A stretch of 64,000 nt of DNA, taken from assembly GCA_965207735.1 (NCBI GenBank), contig OZ242296.1:128001-192000 (forward strand), in the 5' to 3' direction. Below are positions 48,351 through 58,758 of the stretch, in pieces; positions within the stretch are counted from its first letter, which is position 1, and each line of letters opens with the position of its first letter. The DNA is from Candidatus Versatilivorator sp. (GTDB taxonomy: Bacteria > Acidobacteriota > Terriglobia > Versatilivoradales > Versatilivoraceae). The notes below the pieces were generated by a model. That model saw only the letters and a program-made list of their open reading frames with translations, had not been told where the DNA came from and ran no database searches. Both the position numbers and the translations under genes were made by a program.

Positions 48351-49748
48351 TCAGGGGTGCAGCAACTCTAGCGCTATGGCCGTCAAGGCCTTGACGCCCG
48401 TCTTGAGGGTGGGCTCCGGATCGGGCGCGTAGCGGCTGGAGTGGAGCGAGGGCAGGGGAGAGGCTCCCGGTTTCCTGCTGGCTTCCATCTTCTCGGGGGC
48501 AACGGCGCCGAGCCAGAACAGGCAGAGCGGCACCTTCTGAGGGGTCCTTCCGTAGAGGCCGAAATCCTCTCCTCCCATCACCGGCCTCAGATCCAGTACA
48601 TTGTCCTTGCCCAGCACCCGGGCCATGGCTCGGCTGGCCCGCCGAGCCAGCGCCGGATTGTTGTAGGTGGGTGGAGTGCTGTCCAGCACCGACATCAACG
48701 GCATGCGGTCCGGGGGCACCCCGGCGGCGCGGGCGATCCCCTCCGAGATTCGCCCGATGCCGTCGCGGATTCTGTCGCGGGTTTCATCGGTGTAGTAGCG
48801 GACGGTGAGTTGGAGCCGGACCTCGTCGGGAATAATGCTGTGCTTGGTGCCCCCGTGGATGGATCCCACCGTGACCACCGCCGGGTCTATGGCGGGAATT
48901 TCCCGGCTGACAATGGTCTGGAGCGACAGCACCGTCTGAGCGGCCATGACCACGGGGTCCTTGGTGGTGGAGGGATAGCCGCCGTGTCCCGAAACGCCCC
49001 GAACTGTCAGATCGACGGAGTCGACCCCGGCAAGGGCATAGCCGCTGCAGACTCCCACCCGGCCTGCCTGCATGCCGGCATCGTTATGGAGCGCAATGGC
49101 GAAGTCGGGGACTGGAAACCTCTCGAACAATCCATCGGCCAGCATGGCCTTGGCCCCGGCTCCCCGTTCCTCGGCGGGCTGAGCCACCATCAGCAGGGTG
49201 CCCTTCCAGCGACTCTTCTCCCGGCTCAGAATGCGGGCAGCTCCCACGAAGCAGGTCATGTGGACATCGTGGCCGCAGGCGTGCATGAGGCCGATGGACT
49301 GCCCGTCCGGATCCTGAATGCGGACTTTGCTGGCATATTCCAGGCCGGTCTCCTCGGTGATGGGTAGTCCGTCCAGGTCGGTCCTGAGCATGAGGGTCGG
49401 CCCCTTCCCGTTTCTGAGAAGACCGACGACGCCATGCCCCCCGATCTCCCGGCTGACCTCGAAGCCCGACGCCTCCAGCTCTCGAGCCATGCGCCGAGCG
49501 GTCCGGACCTCTTGAAAGGCGATCTCGGGGTTGGCATGCAGGTGCCGATAGAGCTCGAACAGGGAAGGGAATTCTCGATCGACGCGCGGAGGGATCCAGG
49601 AGGGGGCGGCCCCGGATGACTGCGCCAGCCCCGACCAGATCAGCAGGATGAAGAACCCGCAGAGGCTGGCCACCGATAGAATTCGTCCGGCACACTGGCG
49701 GCCCCTGGTGTTTCTTCTACAGGATGGGAATTTGCACAGTTGCATCAA
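48351..49748 (-). CDS. M20D family amidohydrolase with signal peptide
   Basis: 'HANPE', 'RTDLDGLP', 'MHACGHD', 'QPAEE', 'GGEDF', 'LHS'; start uncertain. Confidence 0.9.
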   Translation of the reverse strand: MMQLCKFPSCRRNTRGRQCAGRILSVASLCGFFILLIWSGLAQSSGAAPSWIPPRVDREFPSLFELYRHLHANPEIAFQEVRTARRMARELEASGFEVSREIGGHGVVGLLRNGKGPTLMLRTDLDGLPITEETGLEYASKVRIQDPDGQSIGLMHACGHDVHMTCFVGAARILSREKSRWKGTLLMVAQPAEERGAGAKAMLADGLFERFPVPDFAIALHNDAGMQAGRVGVCSGYALAGVDSVDLTVRGVSGHGGYPSTTKDPVVMAAQTVLSLQTIVSREIPAIDPAVVTVGSIHGGTKHSIIPDEVRLQLTVRYYTDETRDRIRDGIGRISEGIARAAGVPPDRMPLMSVLDSTPPTYNNPALARRASRAMARVLGKDNVLDLRPVMGGEDFGLYGRTPQKVPLCLFWLGAVAPEKMEASRKPGASPLPSLHSSRYAPDPEPTLKTGVKALTAIALELLHP

Positions 49749-49984
49749 CGCTTTCGGCGCCTCCAGAATAAAGACGAACCACGAATGAACACGAAAACGG
49801 ATGGACCCCCTTCAATGACCAACCGCGCCCCAATGCTTCTGCGATATCGTGACCTTGATATCCCGACGTCATGGGAGGAAGCCCGCGCTCCCGGGTGGGC
49901 CGCTTTCGTCACGATTGCCCTTCAAGGGAGAGTCGGCGCAAACGAACTGGCTGAATGGTCGCCTTGAATCCCGATTTGACAATC

Positions 49985-50195
49985 CCTTGGTGGATAGCTC
50001 TTTTTCCTTTCGTTTCAGGAAAGCCGGGCCCCCGCCCCCCACGACGGGGCGGATCATTCGAGGGTGAAACAATCAGAAATTGATAATCCTTTCGCGACCT
50101 TGGTACCCCGTCGCGGTCAACCTCAACGCCTTAGTGGCCCTTCGTCGTTCTTCGTGTCCCTTCGTGGATTACTCTTTTTCTTTTGTCTTTCTTCG
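49985..50195. repeat. Reverse-strand copy of the ~190-bp composite repeat
   Basis: gccgggcccccgccc...cggatcattcgagggtgaaacaatc...ttggtaccccgtcgcggtcaacctcaacgccttagtggcccttcgtcgttcttcgtg. Confidence 0.85.
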
Positions 50196-50225
50196 TTTAT
50201 TTCAGTCACCCACGATGGCGCGAAT

Positions 50226-50915
50226 TCAGCGGCTCTCGGTCCGGTTGCCGTTGCCCTGGATCAGGTGCCGGGTGATGGTGGCGCCCACCGTGGAGAAATC
50301 GTCCAGGGGGAAGAACGGCAACTGTTTCTGCCGGCATAGGTTAGCCAGCCTGCTCCGGGCAAAGACCAGGTCGGCCTGGTCGGCGGCGCGCAGGTCGGAC
50401 AGTCCGTCTCCCAGGAAAGCCGTGGCATAGCCTGCCGACCGGGCCTGGACCAGGGCTGCTCCCTTGTCGTGCCCCCAAGGGGTGTCGTCCAGGAAACGCA
50501 AGGTCCAGCGGTGGTCGACGATTTCCAGGGGATTGGCCAGCAGCCGCACGTGATCGAGCCCGAAGGGCGCCAGCAGTCGCTCGATGACGTCCTTGATGCC
50601 GGCACTCAAGATGGTCAGGGGAATTTCCCGGCGCCGGCACCATTGGGCAAAGGGTGGAAAGGATTCATCGATTTCGACTCGCTGCCTGAGAAAATCCAGG
50701 ACCTGATCGAGGTTTCCCCGGATGGCGGCCACCTCGGTCGCGATTCCGTCCCGGAGGGAAATTTCTCCGCTGGCGATCTTGCCGCCGATGTCCCTGCGAA
50801 ACTTCACCCCACCGAAAGTCTCGGCCAGCAGGTTGATGGTGTCGGGATGGGCGATGGTCCCGTCGAAGTCGCTGAAGACGGCCACCCGACGGGATTGAGA
50901 AACGGAGGCGTTCAT
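50226..50915 (-). CDS. HAD-IB phosphatase (MtnX-like)
   Basis: 'SDFDGTI', 'ILSAG', 'GHDK', 'GDGLSD'. Confidence 0.88.
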   Translation of the reverse strand: MNASVSQSRRVAVFSDFDGTIAHPDTINLLAETFGGVKFRRDIGGKIASGEISLRDGIATEVAAIRGNLDQVLDFLRQRVEIDESFPPFAQWCRRREIPLTILSAGIKDVIERLLAPFGLDHVRLLANPLEIVDHRWTLRFLDDTPWGHDKGAALVQARSAGYATAFLGDGLSDLRAADQADLVFARSRLANLCRQKQLPFFPLDDFSTVGATITRHLIQGNGNRTESR

Positions 50916-51372
50916 GGGATCCAAGCAGACAAGCCCAAGGGAGCTTGCGGGGCCGACCAGGGCCGGCCCGGGTGAGAAACTGGGTCAGCCTCCCCGGTCC
51001 GGACTGCGGACCGCGGAGACGAACGAGATCATCCTTCAAGAGGGTCCCGGCGCACAACAAAAATCGTTTTCTCCCGCACAGAGACAAGAGATATTGGTTG
51101 CCGTCCCCGACCCACGATTTCTTTGGACAGAGACTTGAGGAACTGTGTGAGAAATTATGGGAGAGCAGGATCATGCTATGTCCAGAGGAAGTAATTCAGC
51201 CGCTGGTCGGACCGGCGAAGTATCGAAAACCCCAGGGGCTAAGGGTCGTCCAGCCGAAGAAACCGGCGATGCAGGGCCGGTCAGGGCTACTCTTTCTGAC
51301 TGTTTATTCGGTGTCTCCGTTTTTCTCGTAGAAGACACGCTGATTAGGATCAGCTCGTTTCGAGAACATCAC

Positions 51373-51401
51373 TTGTAAGCTGAGTCGCATCACTATACAA
51401 T
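51373..51401 (+). promoter_or_regulatory. higBA promoter (probably leaderless)
   Basis: TTGTAA-17 nt-TACAAT; ATG 7 nt downstream, no SD. Confidence 0.55.
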
Positions 51402-51408
51402 TCAGAAT

Positions 51409-51687
51409 ATGCTCAGGACGTTACGGCACCGAGGCCTGAAGCGGCTCTTCGAGCGTGGCGACAAGAGCAAGCTGCGCGGTGATCAAGTTGAGCGGATCGA
51501 GGAAATCCTATCCCGGCTCGATGCTGCTAGCGGCGCAAGGGATCTGAACACTCCAGGTTACCGCCTTCATCCGCTCAAGGGTGACATGCAAGGCTTCTGG
51601 AGTATTCGGGTTACCGTCAACTGGCGCATCGTCTTCCGCTTCGAGGAGGGCGACGCCTGCGATGTGGACCTGACCGACTACCACTAG
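51409..51687 (+). CDS. higB: HigB/RelE-family toxin (plasmid maintenance killer type)
   Basis: 'HRGLKRLFE', 'LHPLKGD', 'WSIRV..NWRIVFRF', 'DYH'. Confidence 0.93.
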   Translation: MLRTLRHRGLKRLFERGDKSKLRGDQVERIEEILSRLDAASGARDLNTPGYRLHPLKGDMQGFWSIRVTVNWRIVFRFEEGDACDVDLTDYH

Positions 51688-51700
51688 GAGGATGTGTGAA

Positions 51701-51967
51701 ATGCCGATGAAGAACCCACCCCACCCTGGACGTGGACTCAGGCGAGACTGTGCGGAAGCAGGACTCAGCGTCACAGCGGCGGCGAGGAAGCTGGGCGTGG
51801 CCCGTATCACCCTATCCCGCGTGCTGAATGGGCAGGCGGGCATTTCGCCCAAGATGGCCTTGAAGCTCGAAGCGGTGGGTTGGTCGAACGCCGATTTCTG
51901 GATGCGTCTCCAAGCGGCCTACGACTTGGCGCAAGCTCGGCTACGCCAGGAAAAACCAGCCGCCTGA
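51701..51967 (+). CDS. higA: HigA antitoxin (HTH XRE)
   Basis: 'MKNPPHPG', 'SVTAAARKLGVAR', 'ISPKMALKL', 'FWMRLQAAYDL'. Confidence 0.93.
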   Translation: MPMKNPPHPGRGLRRDCAEAGLSVTAAARKLGVARITLSRVLNGQAGISPKMALKLEAVGWSNADFWMRLQAAYDLAQARLRQEKPAA

Positions 51968-52250
51968 GCCGCAACGATGCCGGCGCCCGTCAGGAGGCGA
52001 TCATAGCCCAGCAAGCCCCGGGAAATCCCCTCCGGAAGTAGGTGGCCAGTCAGAGCCGTTCTCCTTCCCGAATCGACAGAGGAGGGCGCAAGGAGGCCGA
52101 TCTCCTTGTGGGACCGGCGGCTGCGCTGGCGACCTGCCTGACCCCCAAGTTGGCGCACTTCGCATGGGGGCCATTGACTCGCTACAGGCTACTAGGCAGC
52201 GGGGTCCTTGGGCAATCGCTGGGGACGTTGTTGAATTAGGGGCAATCGCT

Positions 52251-52455
52251 GGGGACGTTGTTGAATTAGTGGAGTTACCTGTCAACGCATCCTGCAACAA
52301 CGTCTCGATAATGGGAAAGCTCAAACCGCTGCAGCATGATGGGTGTAGCCTCCAGAGGCCGGTAGAGGGATTTGGCGGGGCACAGAATGTCGGCGCCTTG
52401 TCAGGCAAGGCTCAGAAGTTGGGCGAAGTTATTCCAGTAATTCAACAACGTCCCC
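52251..52455. mobile_element. 205-bp MITE/REPIN-like element
   Basis: Ends ggggacgttgttgaatta / taattcaacaacgtcccc; preceded by a 30-bp tandem duplication (52210-52239) of its left end. Confidence 0.85.
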
Positions 52456-53000
52456 AACTTTCGCCCGGTCACTAGAACGATGGAAGCCGTTGGGACGGAG
52501 TTCAAGGACTTGGAGGAGCCGGAAATCACGCGGAGAGAAGTGCGGTATGTTCATGGAGACACGCCATGAAGATCGGCATCCTCAACCTCTGCAACCGCCT
52601 GTGATCCAGCCTTCAGATCCAGGCATTTCCGTTTAATAGGGTTTTGGCTGTCAGGTAGTCACGAGCAGAGCATCACGTTTGCCAGCAAAAAACTACCCTG
52701 CTGCGAATTTTACAAAAGGCTCTGGCCGAAAAAGTGGTTTGTCATCTTCCACTGGTCGAACGTCCCGACCCGTTCCGACTTCCGATAACGTCTCATTATG
52801 TAAACTTTCCGGAAAGACGTAACTCCCACCTTTTCCACCACTTCATGAAAATAGAGGCCTGAGCCGGGCCGACCAGGGGAGGCCGACCACAAGATGTTGT
52901 GGTTGGGAGCTCCTGTCCGGGAGGCGTTGTGCCGTTGTGAGGGAGCAGTTTGTGATTCAGGTATAATTTCGCCCAACAGAGTTAAAAACTTACAGCGTCA

Positions 53001-53258
53001 ATGCCGGGGCTGCCCAAGCTACCGTCCATAGGTTCGATGCCACATTATTGGTTTTTCATGGGAACTGGGATACTCATAGGCACCATGTTCGGGGCACGGA
53101 TGCGAAACAGCAGCATGACGAGAGGGCAGTTTCTGCGCTTGGTGCTCCGCAGTGCCACTATTATTTATCCGATCTTATATGTGTGGGACGCGTGCTTGAC
53201 GGCGTATTACAAGAGTGAGGGATGGGTTGCCGTCTTGTTTCCCTACCTTTTTTGCTGA
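53001..53258 (+). CDS. Small membrane protein
   Basis: 85 aa, 2-3 hydrophobic segments, lower GC. Confidence 0.45.
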   Translation: MPGLPKLPSIGSMPHYWFFMGTGILIGTMFGARMRNSSMTRGQFLRLVLRSATIIYPILYVWDACLTAYYKSEGWVAVLFPYLFC

Positions 53259-53820
53259 TGAATAGCTCCCTAAGTTCACAAACTCTGAAAACAGTTCAAG
53301 CCAACGCTCATTGACCGAGTCTTCGGGTGCAAACCAGGATACGGTCGGGGGACCGCTCGACGACCTCGGTAACGGTCGCGTCCCAGGATTTACCGCTTCT
53401 GGCCCGGACAGTGATGGTGAGGCCGACGAGGTCTGGGGCCAGGGGCGGCGATCGAGGCGAAGTTCCAGATGGGAGAGAGGGAGGTCCGATCCTCAGCCGT
53501 AGCGGAGGCCAGGGAGATCGAGGAGCGCAACGACCGATGGGCGAGTGGATGGGAGTCGGTGAACCAGGAATTGAGCCGGTGCAGGAGGAACTCGGCCTGC
53601 TGCTGGAGGAACTGCGGGGGGTGGAGCGGGCCATCCGGGAGATGGCCAAAAAGGTCGCAGATCGGGCGCGGCAGGTGTTCGATCGCCAGCCGGCTGGCGA
53701 GCTGGTCCGGGAGCCTTCCGGCCAAGCCAAGAGCCGCAGCCGGAGCGAGGTGGAGGCGGGAGGGATTTGCCCGAGAAGTCACGGGACCGGGACCTGTGCC
53801 GGTGAGGTGGGGCAATCGCT

Positions 53821-54025
53821 GGGGACGTTGTTGAATTAGTGGAATTGCCTGTCAACGCATCCTGCAATAATGTCTCGATATTGGGAAAGCTCAAACCGCT
53901 GCAGCATGATGGGTGTAGCGTCCAGGAGCCGGTAGAGGGATTTGGCGGGGCATGGAGTGTCGGCGCCTTGTCAGGCAAGGCTCAGAAGTTGGGCAAAGTT
54001 ATTCCAGAAACTCAACAACGTCCCC
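53821..54025. mobile_element. 205-bp MITE/REPIN-like element
   Basis: Near-identical to 52251-52455, including short flanks. Confidence 0.85.
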
Positions 54026-54128
54026 AACTTTCACTTGGAGGTGTGGGTCCGGGGCCGTTGCTAAGTCCTCTAGAATGAGTGGCGGCGACTTCCCCCAATA
54101 GGTCAAGTAGATAAAACTCAGGGTGCCC

Positions 54129-54851
54129 ATGAAGACAAACACAAGTTTATGGAAGTTTTTCAGACAGAGCACGGCTACGGGACTTGCGCTTCTCCTGACT
54201 GTGATTGGATTTGCGCCTGTGGCAGAAGCCGGAACGTGGATCAGGCGGGACTGGTCCAAGGTGCAGAGAATTGCATCCGGAGCCCGCACCAGGGTACGGC
54301 TCTACAAGGACCGGGCTCCTGGAGGCATTCAGAGGGTTGAAGGACAATTCCAGTCGGCCTCGGCCGAGGCCATCATGCTCCTGTCGCCGACCGGGCAATC
54401 GCTCACTCTCCGGAAGCAAGCCGTTGAAAAGGTTCTCATATATCGCCCTCTTTCAAAACGGTACCCTGGCTGGATCACTGCTGGGGCCTCCACGGGGATT
54501 TTTCTCGGGTTGGCACCCGGGTGGGATCTGAATGGCCGAGGATGGGCACTGTTTAGTGGTTTGTTCGTGGGAGTGCCCACAGGAATTGCTTTCCTGGTTT
54601 CCCCGAGATGGGGCGGTGTCTACAACGTGCCACGCAAGCTCCGAGATGATCCTACGCCGGAGACCCGGCCAACAGCGACCAAGCAAAGCTCAACCCCGAC
54701 GGCTTCGGGAGAAGCGTTGGCCGCCTCACTCATTGAGGAATCAAGTGAGGAACGGCTTCGCCGGCAATCCCGGCGAGTTGTGATGCGGCACGATCTCCCG
54801 CTTGATTTGTCAAACCTGCCCGTGCATGTGCACAGATCAGGTATTGACTGA
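54129..54851 (+). CDS. Hypothetical exported/membrane protein
   Basis: Signal peptide ending AEA, Sm/SH3-like beta segment, Gly-rich hydrophobic hairpin. Confidence 0.6.
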   Translation: MKTNTSLWKFFRQSTATGLALLLTVIGFAPVAEAGTWIRRDWSKVQRIASGARTRVRLYKDRAPGGIQRVEGQFQSASAEAIMLLSPTGQSLTLRKQAVEKVLIYRPLSKRYPGWITAGASTGIFLGLAPGWDLNGRGWALFSGLFVGVPTGIAFLVSPRWGGVYNVPRKLRDDPTPETRPTATKQSSTPTASGEALAASLIEESSEERLRRQSRRVVMRHDLPLDLSNLPVHVHRSGID

Positions 54852-54935
54852 TCTCCTCTGCTGGGCCTTCTAACGTCCGATAATCCCACTATGTCAACTT
54901 TTCAACGGGACGTATAGGTGTGTCTGATGGGAATC

Positions 54936-55060
54936 ATGAATGACCAAACCGCCCGATTTGAAAACCAAGACATCGAGCAACTGCGGAAGGCCGCCATGCA
55001 CGGAGATGCCGAGGCGCAACTCAAGCTTGGGGTTCATGTACTCCGAAGGCGAGGGAGTAC
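54936..55060 (+). pseudogene. Sel1-like repeat gene fragment
   Basis: 'IEQLRKAAMHGDAEAQLKLG' continues as 'FMYSEGEGV' only after a frameshift. Confidence 0.65.
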
Positions 55061-55095
55061 TGACGGGCGAGAAAGTGCAGCCTGACCGGCAAAGC

Positions 55096-55413
55096 TCACG
55101 GATTTTGGGGGAATCTGGAAACCTCTGCAGCGAGATCCGCAAAGAACCAAGCGTTTGCAGCAATGAGGGACATGCTGGTTGTCCTGCCAGGTAAGCCGTC
55201 AAGCCAGCGAATAGCCAGCGCCGCCAGCAGGTAAGAACCAACCGGAAACAATCCCCAAACCTCGAATCTCGGCGTTGCCGCAAGGTAGGCCGACGCCGGT
55301 AGGACAAGGCCAGCCGCTACGAGTAACGGGATGGTCTTTCGCAGGATTACTCCCGCAATGGCAACTACAACACTAAGCGCCACGGCCGGCCAGAAGAACA
55401 GGGTGACTATCAT
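55096..55413 (-). CDS. Small membrane protein
   Basis: 105 aa, 3-4 TM segments. Confidence 0.6.
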   Translation of the reverse strand: MIVTLFFWPAVALSVVVAIAGVILRKTIPLLVAAGLVLPASAYLAATPRFEVWGLFPVGSYLLAALAIRWLDGLPGRTTSMSLIAANAWFFADLAAEVSRFPQNP

Positions 55414-56025
55414 GATTCCGATCCGAGCCGTAGATCAGCCAAGTGAACTCTCCCCTCTGCGCTGATACATGGATTGTATTTCTAGGGACCAGTGGGCAGA
55501 TCCTACTACTCTGGTGTGTGAGAAGCTAACTAATTGCCTCATTCTTAGAAAACCAACCATATTGCGAGCTTCCAGCTAAAGTGGAACCCTACGAGTGTGC
55601 TCCCGTCAACGACAAGGCACGCGCACGTGCTTGTCCAATCTTGTGCCCTTGGTGTTCCTTCGCTTCCTTGGTGGATGACCCACGTAATTGGTTTCTGGCC
55701 AGACCGGTTCCTGCTGCAATTGGCGGACCATGCGAGAGTGAAGCAACAGGCCCCTTGGCCCTTCGGGAGCCTGGCGAGCGTCCGGTGGAAATTGGGGGTC
55801 CAGGTCGACACTGCTTCACTGCGAAGCAGCCCATTTTCTTTGGGCTGTTCTTGGTTTTACATCGTGGTTCTTCTTGGATGATTCTTTCGTCTACTACGTC
55901 CGAGACTGTTTCCCTCCCGGTAAGTGGGAAAAGCTGGACTTTGCGGATGGGTTCTACTGTTAGAATGGTGAGGCTCTCGCGAACCTCTTGGAATACGTGG
56001 AATACTTATTAAGGAGACTGCAAAT

Positions 56026-57036
56026 ATGGCAACAAAGATCGGCATTAACGGATTTGGAAGGATTGGACGGCAGGTTCTTCGAGCGATATTGGAGCGACAT
56101 CCGGATACCATCGAGGTGGCGGCCGTCAACGATCTGTTTCCCGCCGAGACCAATGCTCATCTGCTGAAGTACGACTCGACCTACGGGCCTTTTCAGGGTG
56201 CGGTGGCGGCCGACGACGGGTCGCTGGTGGTGGACGGCCGCAGGATCAGGATCCTGGCCGAGAGGGATCCGGCAGCTATCAGCTGGGCCGATCTGGGGGT
56301 GGAGGTGGTGATCGAGTCCACCGGGGTCTTCACCGACGCCAACAAGGCCAAGGCCCACATCGAATCGGGCGGCGCCAGGAAGGTGATCATCTCCGCGCCG
56401 GCCAAGAACGAGGACCTCACCATCGTGCTCGGAGTCAACGGGGACCGGTACGACCCCGAGAAACATCGAGTGGTCTCCAACGCTTCCTGCACCACCAACG
56501 GGCTGGCTCCGGTAGCCAAGGTCCTCTTTGACCGCTTCGGCATCCAGAAGGGGCTCCTGACCACCGTGCACGCCTACACCAACAGTCAACGGCTGCAGGA
56601 TCTGGCGGCCAAGGATATGAGGGATGCCCGCTCGGCGGGTCAGAACATCGTGCCGGCGGCCACCGGCGCCGCCAAGGCGGTGGGGCTGGTCATCCCCGAG
56701 CTTCAGGGAAAGTTCGGGGGCATGGCCTTCCGGGTGCCGACGCCCACAGTTTCGGTCATCGACTTTACTGCCGTGCTGGAGCAGGCGGCCACCCGGGACC
56801 AACTGCGCCAGGCCATGCTCGACTACGCCCGGGGCTCCATGAAGGGCATCCTGGAGGTGACCGACGAGCCCCTGGTCTCGACCGACTTGAAGGGCAGCAC
56901 CTTCTCTTCCATCTTCAGCGCGGTGGATACCATTGTCGTCGACAACCTGGTCAAGGTGGTCGCCTGGTACGACAACGAGTGGGGCTATGCCTGTCGAACC
57001 GCCGACCTTGCCGCCATCATTGCCGGCAAGCTGTGA
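56026..57036 (+). CDS. gap: Glyceraldehyde-3-phosphate dehydrogenase type I
   Basis: 'INGFGRIGR', 'SNASCTTN', 'WYDNEWGY'. Confidence 0.98.
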   Translation: MATKIGINGFGRIGRQVLRAILERHPDTIEVAAVNDLFPAETNAHLLKYDSTYGPFQGAVAADDGSLVVDGRRIRILAERDPAAISWADLGVEVVIESTGVFTDANKAKAHIESGGARKVIISAPAKNEDLTIVLGVNGDRYDPEKHRVVSNASCTTNGLAPVAKVLFDRFGIQKGLLTTVHAYTNSQRLQDLAAKDMRDARSAGQNIVPAATGAAKAVGLVIPELQGKFGGMAFRVPTPTVSVIDFTAVLEQAATRDQLRQAMLDYARGSMKGILEVTDEPLVSTDLKGSTFSSIFSAVDTIVVDNLVKVVAWYDNEWGYACRTADLAAIIAGKL

Positions 57037-57039
57037 CCG

Positions 57040-57519
57040 GTGGACCGATCCGTACCAGGCCGACCCATTCGCAAGAAGTCCCTGTCCGAGCTGGACCTGT
57101 CGACTCTCACCCACTTTGTCCTGACGGCTCGGGACCGGACCGACTTCCACAGGGGAGTGCGGCTGTTCAACCAGGCCAGGTTCTGGGAAGCCCATGAAGC
57201 CTGGGAGGCGGTGTGGCTGCGCCATCCCGAAGACGGGCGCTTCTTCATTCAGGGGCTCATTCAGCTGGCGGCCGCCTACCACCAGTTGCGGCGCAGGATC
57301 TATCGGGGCTTCCTGATCCACCTTGGCCGGGCCCAGGAACGCCTGGTGCTGTTTCCGGATCTTTTTCTGGGCATCGACGTGGCCGGTCTTCGCAAGGAGA
57401 TTCGCCGGGCGCTTCCACCGGGAGACTCGAAGGAATCTGAGGATAGCGCCGATTATTCCCGGATCGTTCCCCCGCGGATCCGGGTGGTGGACCCGTCAAC
57501 TCCCCGGGGACGTTGTTGA
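57040..57519 (+). CDS. DUF309 domain protein
   Basis: 'LFNQARFWEAHEAWEAVW', 'QGLIQLAAA'; stop codon lies inside the downstream repeat end. Confidence 0.88.
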   Translation: MDRSVPGRPIRKKSLSELDLSTLTHFVLTARDRTDFHRGVRLFNQARFWEAHEAWEAVWLRHPEDGRFFIQGLIQLAAAYHQLRRRIYRGFLIHLGRAQERLVLFPDLFLGIDVAGLRKEIRRALPPGDSKESEDSADYSRIVPPRIRVVDPSTPRGRC

Positions 57520-57710
57520 ATTGGTGGAATTAACTGTCCCCGCGTCCCGCAAAAACGTGTCGATATTGGGATGGCTCAAACCCCCGCAGCATGATGCGTG
57601 CAGCGGCCTGGAGCCTGCAGAAGGATCTGGCGGGGCATAGCGTGTCCACGTCTTGTCGGGCAAAACTCAGAAGTTGAGCAAAGTTATTCCAGTAATTCAA
57701 CAACGTCCCC
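57506..57710. mobile_element. 205-bp MITE/REPIN-like element (diverged copy)
   Basis: Same ends and alignable interior as the 52251 and 53821 copies. Confidence 0.85.
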
Positions 57711-57783
57711 TGCATTCTTTGCATATAATTCCCACGAGGTGTTCCCAATATCCTTACGCTACCGAAGCTTCGGAGAATTGACC

Positions 57784-58746
57784 ATGATTCGATCGTTTTG
57801 TCTTTCCATTTTGATTTCGTTGGCCACCATCCTCGTCCCGCCAGCCCTGCTCTCGGCGGATACTTGTGCGGAGCGCTTCGTTGTGGCCAGCGCCGTGCGC
57901 ACCCAGGGTGATGTCCAGGCTTTTGTCCAATGCGCCTACGAGTACGTCCAGGAAATGGGCATCGAGGAGGCCCGGCGGGCCTTCAACGAGGACGAGCAAT
58001 GGAAGAGCGGCTCCACCTATATCTTCGTCGACGAAGTGACTCCCATGACCGACATGGCTCGAGCGTTCGTCTTCCCACCCGACCCCTCCAGGGAAGGGGA
58101 GCCCTGGGGGCTGCTGATCGACGCGTTCGGCAACGACTACTACAAGGAGCTGACTCGTGTCATGGGCCACTCCGACGAGGGTTGGATCTACTACTCCTTC
58201 ACCAATCCGGCCACCGGCAGAGATGAGCCGAAGGCTTCTTATGTCAAGGCACTCGACTGGGGCGGAACCCCGGGGGCGATCGGCGCAGGAGTTTATCGCC
58301 GTGACATTCCGGGCACCTGCTGGAGCGAAGAAGTCCACGCCACGGGGCTGGAGGAGGATCCTTCCCCCGAAAGGCTGCAGGAGTTTGTCCGCTGCGCCGC
58401 CATGGAGTTGGATTCGGGGGGGTATTTCGCCTCGGTCAGCCTGGCCAACGATCCCCGTTGGCGAAGCGGCTCCATCTACCTGTTCGGGCTGGACATGTAC
58501 GGCTACACCCTCTTTACCGGCTCCCCGGCAAATCCCTTGATCGGCTCCGAGTTGTCCTCCAATTTCATCGGCAGTTTCGGGGGACGGAACGTTTTGGGTG
58601 TTGCCAATGCTTTTGGTGAAACCTTCCTCTACTACTCGAACCGGAATCCGGGCACCAACCAGTGGCGGCGCAAGGTGACCTTCGTCCAGCGGGTCACGTC
58701 TTTTGGAGTTCCGGTGCTGATCGGCGCCGGCTATTACCTGGATTGA
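57784..58746 (+). CDS. Secreted protein with two Cache-like domains
   Basis: Signal peptide; two repeats of 'FVxCA...W.SGS.Y.F...Y...NP.T....K..(Y/F)V...IGAG.Y'. Confidence 0.8.
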   Translation: MIRSFCLSILISLATILVPPALLSADTCAERFVVASAVRTQGDVQAFVQCAYEYVQEMGIEEARRAFNEDEQWKSGSTYIFVDEVTPMTDMARAFVFPPDPSREGEPWGLLIDAFGNDYYKELTRVMGHSDEGWIYYSFTNPATGRDEPKASYVKALDWGGTPGAIGAGVYRRDIPGTCWSEEVHATGLEEDPSPERLQEFVRCAAMELDSGGYFASVSLANDPRWRSGSIYLFGLDMYGYTLFTGSPANPLIGSELSSNFIGSFGGRNVLGVANAFGETFLYYSNRNPGTNQWRRKVTFVQRVTSFGVPVLIGAGYYLD

Positions 58747-58758
58747 GGCGATGTACCT

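Noticed and set aside
55440-56010. ORFs in the lower-GC stretch before gap
   Set aside because: Several overlapping short ORFs, none with recognisable motifs or a clear RBS
52210-57710. Integron cassette array with attC sites
   Set aside because: Repeat ends are GTT...AAC, the reverse of attC RYYYAAC...GTTRRRY; no integrase; genes in mixed orientation
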